In this document: piece by piece, positions 25,961 through 34,111 of the stretch
Numbering within the stretch: the stretch's first letter is position 1
How the letters are laid out: the number at the start of each line of letters is the position of its first letter
Assembly: GCA_964291675.2 (NCBI GenBank)
Contig: OZ219866.1
Location: 3,149,909 to 3,213,908, forward strand
Direction of reading: 5' to 3'
Length of the DNA stretch: 64,000 nt
Source: Alphaproteobacteria bacterium
Lineage (GTDB): Bacteria; Pseudomonadota; Alphaproteobacteria; MPNO01
Notes under the pieces: model-generated
Told to the model about the DNA's origin: nothing
The model's database searches: none
What the model saw: only the letters and a program-made list of their open reading frames with translations
Made by a program: the position numbers and the translations under genes

Positions 25961-27262
25961 TCAGCGGGTCAGGAAGGTGGCGGTGACCGGCCAGATCCAG
26001 ATCACCACCATGACGATCAGCATCAGGATCCAGTAGGGGATCGAGCCGCCAAAGATCTCCTTCAGCGTGACCGAGGGGTCGGGCACCGCCCCCTTGACGG
26101 TGTAGACCAGGAGGCCGAAGGGCGGGGTCAGCAGGCCGGCCTCGATGGCGAGGATCCCGAAGATCGCAAACGCATAGGTGTTCCAGCCGCCGGCCTCCGC
26201 CAGCGGCCAGAAGATCGGCACCGTCAAGAGGATGATCGAGATCGAATCGATCAGCGTTCCCATGGCGAGCCAGATCAGGATCATCAGGATGGTCACGCCG
26301 AACGGGCCCAGCCCCATGCCGTCGATGAAGTCCTGGATCACCCCGATGATGCCGCCGAGCGCCAAGAACTTGGCGTACATCGAGGCGGTCATCAGGAGGA
26401 ACAGGATCGGCGCGATGGTCTTGCCCGAATCGATGATCGCCGTGCGGTAGTCCAGCCATTTCAGCCTTTTCATCGCCGAGAAGAGCAGCGCCCCGCCGCA
26501 GCCGACGGCCGCCGATTCGGACGGCGTGAACAGCCCCGCGAACAGCCCGCCGAGGACCAGCAGGATCAGCGCGACCACGCCGAGCCCGCTCACCACCTCG
26601 GCCAAAGTGGGCGGCTCCTCCGCCAGCGCATCCATGCTCGGCGCCGCCTCCGGCCGGAACCTGGCGTAGCCCGCGCAGTAGAGGCCCATCAGCGCGGCCA
26701 GGATCACGCCCGGGATGAAGCCGGCCAGGAACAGCTTGCCGATCGACTCCTCGATCACGATCCCCCAGACGATCAGCAGCACGCTCGGCGGGATCAGCAT
26801 GCCGAGGCTGGAAGACCCGGCGATCGCGCCGAGCGCATAGGACCGGTTGTAGCCGAAGCGCCGCATCTCCGGGTAGGAGATGCGCGAGAACGCCATCGCC
26901 GAGGCGATGCTGACCCCGGTCACCGCGGCGAAGACCGCGTTGCCGAACACGGTGGCCACGGCCAGCCGGCCCGGCAGCGCGCGCAGGAAATAGTTGCAGA
27001 TCTTGTAGAGGTCGCGCGCCATGCCCGATCTCGACATGAACTCGCCCATCAGCACGAACAGCGGGATCGCCGCGAAGACCGAGTTGCGCAGCACCGCATA
27101 GGCCGCCTGGTTGGCGAGCTCCATGGTGATGGCGAGGTCGTCGAACAGCAGGAAGGTGCCGCCGAGCGAGACCATCCCGAGCACGATGCCGATATGCAGC
27201 CCGGCGACGACCAGGCCGATCAGCGCGACCAGGATGATGACGAGGACGACCTCTGGCTCCAA
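25961..27262 (-). CDS. TRAP transporter large permease (DctM)
   Basis: 433-aa polytopic protein with ..VFAAIPLFVLMGEFMSRSGMARDL.., typical of DctM. Confidence 0.88.
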   Translation of the reverse strand: MEPEVVLVIILVALIGLVVAGLHIGIVLGMVSLGGTFLLFDDLAITMELANQAAYAVLRNSVFAAIPLFVLMGEFMSRSGMARDLYKICNYFLRALPGRLAVATVFGNAVFAAVTGVSIASAMAFSRISYPEMRRFGYNRSYALGAIAGSSSLGMLIPPSVLLIVWGIVIEESIGKLFLAGFIPGVILAALMGLYCAGYARFRPEAAPSMDALAEEPPTLAEVVSGLGVVALILLVLGGLFAGLFTPSESAAVGCGGALLFSAMKRLKWLDYRTAIIDSGKTIAPILFLLMTASMYAKFLALGGIIGVIQDFIDGMGLGPFGVTILMILIWLAMGTLIDSISIILLTVPIFWPLAEAGGWNTYAFAIFGILAIEAGLLTPPFGLLVYTVKGAVPDPSVTLKEIFGGSIPYWILMLIVMVVIWIWPVTATFLTR

Positions 27263-27292
27263 GATGCTCTCCCCGGCGCGGCTGCCGCGCGC

Positions 27293-27820
27293 CTATGCGG
27301 GTTCCGCTTCCGCCTTGCCGGTGACGGCGACGTAGAACAGTTGCACGTAGATCAGCGCGCAGATCGCGCTGAAGGCGAGGATCAGCGTTCGCACCGGGTA
27401 GATCGGCACCTCGAACGCGCCGGCGCCCTCGATCTCCCGGACCTCCCAGCTCACGATCATCGCGTCCCAGCCGCCGAAGATGATGGCGAGGAACAGCGCC
27501 GCCCCGAGCAGATAGGACGCGCAGTCGATGACGCGGCGCGGAATCCTGGAAACCGCGTAGTAGACGATGGTGGTGCGCAGCATCGCGCCGCGCTTGATGG
27601 TCGACGGAAGCTCGAGGAACAGGATGCCGACGATCGAGTTGCCGACGATCTCGTGGGTGCCGAGGAACGGCGTGTTGAACAGCTCGCGGCCGATGATGTC
27701 GTAGAGGAAGATCGCGGCCAGCAGCAGGATCCAGAACGCCGAGATCGTGCTCAGCGTCTCCGTCGCCCGCGTGACGAAGTCGGGCCTTGCCCCCTGCGCG
27801 GTGTCCGGATCGTCCGCCAA
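27293..27820 (-). CDS. TRAP transporter small permease (DctQ)
   Basis: Four-TM protein upstream of DctM. TTG 27820 is preceded by GGGAGG and gives 175 aa. The ORF track extends to GTG 27871. Confidence 0.75.
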   Translation of the reverse strand: MADDPDTAQGARPDFVTRATETLSTISAFWILLLAAIFLYDIIGRELFNTPFLGTHEIVGNSIVGILFLELPSTIKRGAMLRTTIVYYAVSRIPRRVIDCASYLLGAALFLAIIFGGWDAMIVSWEVREIEGAGAFEVPIYPVRTLILAFSAICALIYVQLFYVAVTGKAEAEPA

Positions 27821-27936
27821 CGGCCTCGCCTCCCTGCCCGTTGCACAGTAGAGGGATGGATTGGCATGCACAAATTCCTTCCCCCACCGGGCGCCCTCGC
27901 GCCATGATAGGGCAGACCAGCGAATGGAGGAGGGAG

Positions 27937-28515
27937 ATGGCGAATTCGATCCACACGCCGAGCAAGGCGGAGTTCGAGAGCCGCATCGGCAGGTTCGAGG
28001 ATTTGAAGCCGATGTCGACCGCGGGCGAGATCGGCTGGGTCGGGCAGGACGCGATGGACATCATCTTCGCCCGCAAGCTGATGCCGGTCATCCTGGACGA
28101 CGACACCAAGAACCCGTTCGGCAGCGACGCGCCGATCTTCGGCGCCGCCGGCTCGACCATGTTCATCTCGATCATGCCGCCGGGGCAGGGGCCCTGCCTG
28201 CACTCGCACAACACCACCTTCGAGACCTTCATGGTGCTGCAGGGCGAGATCGAATACTACGTCGGCGAGCCCGTCGAGCACCGGGCGCGGCTCGGCAAGT
28301 GGGACACCTTCTCCTGCCCGCCCGGCGTCTATCGCGGGTTCCACAATGTCGGCGACATCGACGCGGTTCAGCTCACCGTAATCACCGGGCTCGGCGAAGA
28401 CCGGGACGACGTCTCGATGCCCGACTCCATCGCCCGGCAGATCGAGGGCGCGCACGGCGACAAGGTGCTCGAAGCGATCCAGGGCGTGTTCCACTTCGAC
28501 CCGCCGGCGGCCTGA
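27937..28515 (+). CDS. cupin domain protein
   Basis: ATG 27937 follows GGAGGAGGGAG. A single cupin barrel has ..GQGPCLHSHNTTFETFMVLQGEIEY...GVYRGFHNVG.. Confidence 0.7.
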   Translation: MANSIHTPSKAEFESRIGRFEDLKPMSTAGEIGWVGQDAMDIIFARKLMPVILDDDTKNPFGSDAPIFGAAGSTMFISIMPPGQGPCLHSHNTTFETFMVLQGEIEYYVGEPVEHRARLGKWDTFSCPPGVYRGFHNVGDIDAVQLTVITGLGEDRDDVSMPDSIARQIEGAHGDKVLEAIQGVFHFDPPAA

Positions 28516-28517
28516 CC

Positions 28518-30896
28518 ATGGCTGAAGACCGCTGGATTCTCGACCGCCCCAACTCCTATATCGGGCGCAGCGTGCCGCGCCCCGACGCCAGGCGCCTGAC
28601 GCACGGGCGGGGCACCTTCGTCGACGACATCGTGCTGCCCAGGATGGTGCATGCCGCCTTCGTCCGCAGCCCGCACGCCCATGCGAGGATCGTCTCCATC
28701 GACACCGAAGCGGCCGCCGCCGCGCCCGGCGTGGTCGCGGTGGTGACCGGCGCGGAGCTCGCCCGCATCCACGAGCCCTGGGTCGGCGTGCTCACCCATC
28801 TCGAAGGGCTCAAATCCGCGCCCCAGCACGCGCTTCCCGTCGACGTCGCGCGCTGGCAGGGCGAGGCGGTGGTCGCCGTCGTCGCCGAGCGCCGCGAGCA
28901 GGCCGAGGACGCGGCCGAGCTGGTGGAGATCGAGTGGGAGGAGCTGCCGGCCGCGACCGACATGGAGACCGCGCTCGATCCCGGGACGCCGGTGATCCAT
29001 GCCGAGCTCGGCGACAACCTCGCCTGGCAGCGGCAATACGCGGCGGGCGACGTCGATGCCGCCTATGAAGCGGCCGACGCGGTGGTGGAGGAGACCTACC
29101 TGTTCGGCCGGCATACCGGGGTGACGCTGGAGCCGCGCGGCCTGGTCGCCGATTTCGACCCGTCGACGCGCAACCTGACGGTCCACCACTCCACCCAGTC
29201 GCCGCACATGATGCAGGGCATATTCGCGCTCCATTTCGGGCTCGAGGAGCATCGCGTCAGGGTGATCGCCAAGGATGTCGGCGGCTCGTTCGGCATCAAG
29301 GTGCACACCTATGCCGACGAGATGGCGACGGTGGGGCTGGCGATCGCGCTCAAGCGACCGGTCAAGTTCGTGGCCGACCGGCTGGAGTCGTTCCTCTCCG
29401 ACATCCACGCGCGCGACCACCGGATCGACGCCAAGATCGCGATGGCCAGGGACGGCCGCATCCTGGCGATGGAGATCGACGACCTCACCGGCGTCGGGCC
29501 GTATTCGATGTACCCCAGGACCAGCGCCATCGAGGCCAACCAGATCGTCAACATGATCGGCGGGCCCTACGCCTTCGACAACTACCGGGCGCGCGCCCGC
29601 GTGGTGTTCATGAACAAGAACATGATGTGCCAGTACCGCGCGGTCGGCCATCCGATCATGTGCGCGGTGACCGAGGGGCTGGTCGATTCGGGGGCCCGCG
29701 CGGTCGGCATGGACCCGGCCGAGATACGCCGGATCAACGTGCACCGCGACGGCGAGTACCCGAAGAAATCCGCCCAGGGGATGAATTTCGAGAGCCTCTC
29801 CCACCAGGAGAGCCTGAACAAGATCCTGGAGATGATGGACTACGGCGCGCTCTGCGCCGAGCGCGACCGCCTCAGGGCCGACGGCGTCTGGCGCGGTGTC
29901 GGGCTCGCCAGCTTCATCGAGGTCACCAACCCGTCGGCGATGTTTTATGGCATCGGCGGCGCCCGCATCTCGGCCCAGGACGGGGCGACGATGCGCCTCG
30001 ACGCGCGCGGCAACGTGTTCGTCTCGACCGGCGCGACCGAGCAGGGGCAGGGGATGGAGACCGTCGCCGCCCAGGTCGCGGCGACCGCGATGGGGGTTCC
30101 CATCGACCGGGTCCGGGTGATCTCCGGCGATACCGAGCACACCCCCTATGGCGGCGGCACCTGGGCGTCGCGGGCGGCCGGGATCGGCGGCGAGGCGATC
30201 GCCCAGACCGGGAAGGCGCTGCGCGCGCAGATTCTCGACGTGGCCGGCGTCATGCTGCAGGCCGAGGCCGGGAGCCTCGACATAAGGGGCGGGGTCGTGG
30301 TCGACCGCGAGACCGGGGTCGAGCGCATCGGCCTCGATGAGATCGGGCGCATCTGCTATTTCCGCCCCGACACCCTGCCGGTCGACTACCAGTCCGAGCT
30401 GATGGCGACCCGCCACTACGTGCCCAAGGACTACCCCTTCGCCTTCACCAACGGGGTGCAGGGGGCCTATGTCGAGGTGGACGCCGAGACCGGGTTCCTC
30501 ACCCTGCTCAACCACTGGTGCGTCGAGGATTGCGGCACGGTGATCAATCCGCAGATGGTCGACGAACAGATCCGCGGCGGCATCGTCCAGGGGCTGGGCG
30601 GCGCGCTCTGGGAGCACTGCGTCTACGACGAGGCGGGCCAGCTCCAGAACGGTACCATGGCGGACTACCTGGTCCCGCAGTCGAACGAGACGCCCGACAT
30701 CGAATGCGCCCACGTGGTCTCGATGACCGGCTCGTCCGAGCTCGGCGCCAAGGGCGCGGGCGAGGCCGGGACCTGCGGCGCGCCGGCGGTGGTGATGAAC
30801 GCGGTCAACGACGCGCTGGCGCCGTTCGGGGCGAAGGTCACCGCGATGCCGTTCACCCCGGGGCGGATCCTGGAGGCGATCGCCGCGGGCGGGTAA
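28518..30896 (+). CDS. xanthine dehydrogenase/aldehyde oxidase/CoxL-family molybdopterin-binding subunit
   Basis: 792 aa. MAEDRWILDRPNSYIGRSVPRPDARRLTHGRGTFVDDI.. is a typical N-terminus, with ..GGSFG.. and ..GATEQGQG..TV.. The ATG is 2 nt after the cupin stop. Confidence 0.88.
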   Translation: MAEDRWILDRPNSYIGRSVPRPDARRLTHGRGTFVDDIVLPRMVHAAFVRSPHAHARIVSIDTEAAAAAPGVVAVVTGAELARIHEPWVGVLTHLEGLKSAPQHALPVDVARWQGEAVVAVVAERREQAEDAAELVEIEWEELPAATDMETALDPGTPVIHAELGDNLAWQRQYAAGDVDAAYEAADAVVEETYLFGRHTGVTLEPRGLVADFDPSTRNLTVHHSTQSPHMMQGIFALHFGLEEHRVRVIAKDVGGSFGIKVHTYADEMATVGLAIALKRPVKFVADRLESFLSDIHARDHRIDAKIAMARDGRILAMEIDDLTGVGPYSMYPRTSAIEANQIVNMIGGPYAFDNYRARARVVFMNKNMMCQYRAVGHPIMCAVTEGLVDSGARAVGMDPAEIRRINVHRDGEYPKKSAQGMNFESLSHQESLNKILEMMDYGALCAERDRLRADGVWRGVGLASFIEVTNPSAMFYGIGGARISAQDGATMRLDARGNVFVSTGATEQGQGMETVAAQVAATAMGVPIDRVRVISGDTEHTPYGGGTWASRAAGIGGEAIAQTGKALRAQILDVAGVMLQAEAGSLDIRGGVVVDRETGVERIGLDEIGRICYFRPDTLPVDYQSELMATRHYVPKDYPFAFTNGVQGAYVEVDAETGFLTLLNHWCVEDCGTVINPQMVDEQIRGGIVQGLGGALWEHCVYDEAGQLQNGTMADYLVPQSNETPDIECAHVVSMTGSSELGAKGAGEAGTCGAPAVVMNAVNDALAPFGAKVTAMPFTPGRILEAIAAGG

Positions 30897-30920
30897 GGGC
30901 GCATCGAGGGGACGCCCGTA

Positions 30921-31622
30921 TCAGGGCCGCACGACCTCCAGCAGCCCCCTGAAGGGCCCCTTCGAGCGGATCACCAGCCCGGTGAGCGCGGCTCTCTTGC
31001 GCAGCCCCTCGCTCGCCAGGAAGCAGCTCCGGCGGGCGCGCCGCAGCGGATCCGAAGACGCCTCGATCGGCCCCACGCCTATCAACGAGGCGAGTCCCTC
31101 GCTTCGCGTTCGATGCTGAACCACGGCGGGGTCGAGACTGTACGTCTTCAGGCCGTGATGCCAGTAGCGCGCGAGCGACCTGTCGATGCCGTCGCGGATC
31201 AGCGGGTTCGCTTCCAGGAACCGCCGGGCCGCCTGGCGCGTGATCGCATAGCCCTGGGAGCCGAAATGGGACCAGCGGGTCCAGCCCAGGCGATGCCCGG
31301 TGGGCAGCGCCGCATGGGCAATGAACGGGCGCCTCGGCCCGTGGTGGAGGAATACGATCCCGAAGGGTTCCGTCGTCTCTTCCAGAGCCCGCAGCACTGC
31401 CGGGAATTCGGGCGAGAAAGTCGCGTCGTCCTCCAGCACGGTCATGATTTCGGGTCCGTTCTCCACCATGTCCAGCATGGCCTCGCGCTGGCTGATCCAG
31501 TTGGCGATGGACCCCATGCGGATGGGCCGCCCGGCCCGGCGATAGGCCGAACGGTCGATCAGGGGTTGGTATGCGGGCGGAAGATCGTGGCCGTCCACGG
31601 CGTCGCGCAGCTCGAACTCCAA
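30921..31622 (-). CDS. glycosyltransferase family 25 (LPS/LOS biosynthesis type); start uncertain
   Basis: ..AVDG..RMGSIANWISQREAM..VLEDDATFSPEF.. is GT25-like. The conserved N-terminal strand (LKIVVISLERAVERRRRI..) continues in frame up to 31700 but has no ATG/GTG/TTG. Confidence 0.7.
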   Translation of the reverse strand: MEFELRDAVDGHDLPPAYQPLIDRSAYRRAGRPIRMGSIANWISQREAMLDMVENGPEIMTVLEDDATFSPEFPAVLRALEETTEPFGIVFLHHGPRRPFIAHAALPTGHRLGWTRWSHFGSQGYAITRQAARRFLEANPLIRDGIDRSLARYWHHGLKTYSLDPAVVQHRTRSEGLASLIGVGPIEASSDPLRRARRSCFLASEGLRKRAALTGLVIRSKGPFRGLLEVVRP

Positions 31623-31713
31623 CCCCAGGGCGTGCAGGTCGGAAACGATCCTTCGCCGCCGCTCGACCGCCCTTTCCAGACTGATGACAACTATCTTCAG
31701 AGCGGACGACCGG

Positions 31714-32484
31714 TCAGAAATTGTCCTTGCGGGTGCGCACTTCGGCGAAGACCTCCACCGGCGTGCTGCCCTCCATCCCGAGCGCCGCCGCGAAGGCGGG
31801 GACGTCGGCGCGGAGGAAGGGGTTGGTCCGCCGCTCCAGCCCGAGCTGCGACGGCACGGTGCGCTCCCCGGCCGCCCGCTTGCGGTCTACCTCCGCGGCA
31901 TAGGCCGCGAGGTCGCCATTGTCCGGCTCCACCGTGACCGCGAAGCGCGCGTTGGACTGGGTGTATTCGTGCGCGCAATAGACCATGGTCTCGTCGGGCA
32001 GCGGCTTGAACTTGGAGATCGAGTTCCACATCTGCTCATGCGTGCCCTCGAACACCCGGCCGCAGCCCAGCGCGAACAGCGTGTCGCCGCAGAACAGGGC
32101 TTCCGATTCCGGGAACCAGTAGGCGATATGCCCGCGCGTGTGGCCCGGCACGTCGAACACCCTGGCCTCCGCCTCGTAGAGCATATAGGTATCGCCGTCG
32201 CCGACTTCGATGTCGATGCCGGGGATCCGGTCGCGGTCCGCGCGGGGGCCGACCACGGTGCAGCCGGTGCGCTGCTTGATTTCCGGCACGCCGCCGATGT
32301 GGTCGTTGTGGTGATGCGTCGCCAGCACGTGGGTGAGGTTCCAGCCGAGCCCGTCCAGCGCCTCGAACACCGGCGCCGCGTCCGAGGGGTCGACCACCGC
32401 CGCCTGGCCGGTCGAGGACTCGCGGACGAGATAGACGTAGTTGTCGACCCGCGTCGGGATCTGATGAATTTCGAGCGTCGACAT
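31714..32484 (-). CDS. gloB: hydroxyacylglutathione hydrolase (glyoxalase II)
   Basis: ATG 32484 gives MSTLEIHQIPTRVDNYVYLV.., with ..THHHNDHIGG.. and ..VPGHTRGHIAYW.. Confidence 0.9.
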   Translation of the reverse strand: MSTLEIHQIPTRVDNYVYLVRESSTGQAAVVDPSDAAPVFEALDGLGWNLTHVLATHHHNDHIGGVPEIKQRTGCTVVGPRADRDRIPGIDIEVGDGDTYMLYEAEARVFDVPGHTRGHIAYWFPESEALFCGDTLFALGCGRVFEGTHEQMWNSISKFKPLPDETMVYCAHEYTQSNARFAVTVEPDNGDLAAYAAEVDRKRAAGERTVPSQLGLERRTNPFLRADVPAFAAALGMEGSTPVEVFAEVRTRKDNF

Positions 32485-32623
32485 GGCAGCATGTTCTCCC
32501 GCGATCGGCACCGGCTGGCGGGGCGCAAACTAGCAGGAAGAAGCGGTCGATTCCATCCAGGCCCGGCGTCCGGTCACATCGGGCGTATCCGTTTCGCAAG
32601 GGACCGCCGACGCTTCCGAGGCC

Positions 32624-32731
32624 GTCCTTCGATACGCCGCCCTCCGGGCGGCTACTCAGGATGAGGAGGATTGTTGGCGGGCCATACCCCACCCTCATCC
32701 TGAGTAGCGGCGAAGCCGCGTATCGAAGGAC
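32624..32731. repeat. 108-bp nested-hairpin repeat, copy 1
   Basis: The outer arms are GTCCTTCGATACGCC / GCGTATCGAAGGAC and the inner arms GCTACTCAGGATGAGGAG / CCCTCATCCTGAGTAGC. The same architecture occurs at 56345 and 61317. Confidence 0.85.
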
Positions 32732-32749
32732 GCGCTTCAGCCGCAGGTC

Positions 32750-32779
32750 ATGACAGTGCCGGAGAATCCGGGCTAGGCT
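32750..32779 (+). promoter_or_regulatory. sigma70-type promoter ATGACA/TGACAG - 17/18 nt - TAGGCT; the ATG is 6 nt downstream (leaderless candidate)
   Basis: TAGGCT lies at 32774-32779, followed by GGCCGG and then ATG 32786. There is no room for a Shine-Dalgarno sequence. Confidence 0.5.
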
Positions 32780-32785
32780 GGCCGG

Positions 32786-33517
32786 ATGTGGACGGATGTG
32801 GTCGAGTTGCGGAACTTCTACCGCTCCCGGATCGGCGGCGTCGCGCGGCGCGCGATCCGCGACCACGTCCGCGCGTGCTGGGGCGAGGTAACCGGGATGA
32901 GCGTGCTGGGAATCGGCTATGCCACGCCCTATCTCGGCCAGTTCCGCGCCGAGGCGGAGCGGGTCGTCGCCGTGATGCCGGCCCGCCAGGGGGTGATCCG
33001 GTGGCCCGGCGAGGGGGCCAATTTGGCGGCGCTGGCGGACGAGGCGGAGCTCCCCTTGCCCGACCTCTCCATGGACCGGGTGATCCTGGTGCACGCACTC
33101 GAATCGGCCGAGCAGCTCCGGCCCATGCTGCGCGAGGTCTGGCGGGTGATGGCCGACGGCGCGCGGCTGGTCGTCGTGGTGCCCAACCGCACCGGAATCT
33201 GGGCGCGGCTCGACAGGACGCCGTTCGGACACGGACACCCCTATTCCCAGTCGCAGCTCTCCTTGCTGCTCAAGGACGCCATGTTCAACCCGGTCGCGGC
33301 GCGCTACGGGCTGTTCGTCCCGCCCAGCCGCCGCCGCGTCCTGCACGCCGCCGCCCCGGCATGGGAGCGCATCGGCGGGCGCTGGTTTCCCCGTCTCGGC
33401 GGCGTGCTGATCGCCGAGGCGACCAAGCTGATCTACGCGGCAACGCCGGCGGCCGCGGTCTCAGGCCGCCGCCGAATCCTCGCGCCGCAGCAGAAAGATT
33501 CCCTGCCGGCTCCTTAG
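32786..33517 (+). CDS. class I SAM-dependent methyltransferase
   Basis: 243 aa with ..VLGIGYATPYL.. (motif I-like) and ..DRVILVHALE.. It is divergent from gloB, a pairing common in Alphaproteobacteria. Confidence 0.7.
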   Translation: MWTDVVELRNFYRSRIGGVARRAIRDHVRACWGEVTGMSVLGIGYATPYLGQFRAEAERVVAVMPARQGVIRWPGEGANLAALADEAELPLPDLSMDRVILVHALESAEQLRPMLREVWRVMADGARLVVVVPNRTGIWARLDRTPFGHGHPYSQSQLSLLLKDAMFNPVAARYGLFVPPSRRRVLHAAAPAWERIGGRWFPRLGGVLIAEATKLIYAATPAAAVSGRRRILAPQQKDSLPAP

Positions 33518-34111
33518 ATTGGCGAACGGTCCGATCCTGCCGATCGCGCTGACGCGCCCGCCGCGGTCGAGCGAGACCGCGCGCTCCACCACCACCTCGA
33601 GGTCCTGGCACAGCTCCTGGAAGTCGCGGATCGTGCAGAGGTGGATGTTCGCGGTGTCGTACCAGCGCTCGCCCGGGCCGCCGATCACCGGCATGCGCCC
33701 CTCCCAGACGAGCCGCCAGCGCGTGCCGAGCTGGCCGAAATTGGTGAAGGAGACCACCACCCGCGTCGCGATGCGGAGAAGCTGGCCGAGGAGGTCGCGC
33801 GGCGCGCGCGTGGCCTGGAGGGTCTGGCTCAGAACCGCGTAGTCGAACGCGCCCGGCGGGTAGTCTTCGAGATCGGTGTCGGCATCGCCCTGGATGACCG
33901 GCAGGCCGCGAACCACGCAGGCGTTGACCCCGTCCTGGCTGAGCTCGATGCCGCGCGCGTCGACATTCTTGAAGTTGACCAGGTGATAGAGCAGCTCGCC
34001 GTCGCCGCAGCCGATATCGAGCACCCGCGAACCGGGCTCGATCATGTCGGCGATGATTTGCAGGTCGCGGCGGATCGCCGGCGCCCCGGCGCCGGCCGTC
34101 CCGGCGGTCAT
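33461..34111 (-). CDS. metW: methionine biosynthesis protein MetW
   Basis: ATG 34111 overlaps the metX stop (ATGA). It has ..[23 protein letters not shown].. and ..AVLSQTLQA.. Confidence 0.88.
   Translation of the reverse strand: MTAGTAGAGAPAIRRDLQIIADMIEPGSRVLDIGCGDGELLYHLVNFKNVDARGIELSQDGVNACVVRGLPVIQGDADTDLEDYPPGAFDYAVLSQTLQATRAPRDLLGQLLRIATRVVVSFTNFGQLGTRWRLVWEGRMPVIGGPGERWYDTANIHLCTIRDFQELCQDLEVVVERAVSLDRGGRVSAIGRIGPFANLRSRQGIFLLRREDSAAA

Noticed and set aside
33461-33517. A 57-bp convergent overlap between the methyltransferase and metW 3' ends.
   Set aside because: It is most simply explained by late stop codons in GC-rich sequence. The overlapped tails are low-complexity and probably dispensable, so I see no evidence of a functional antisense arrangement.
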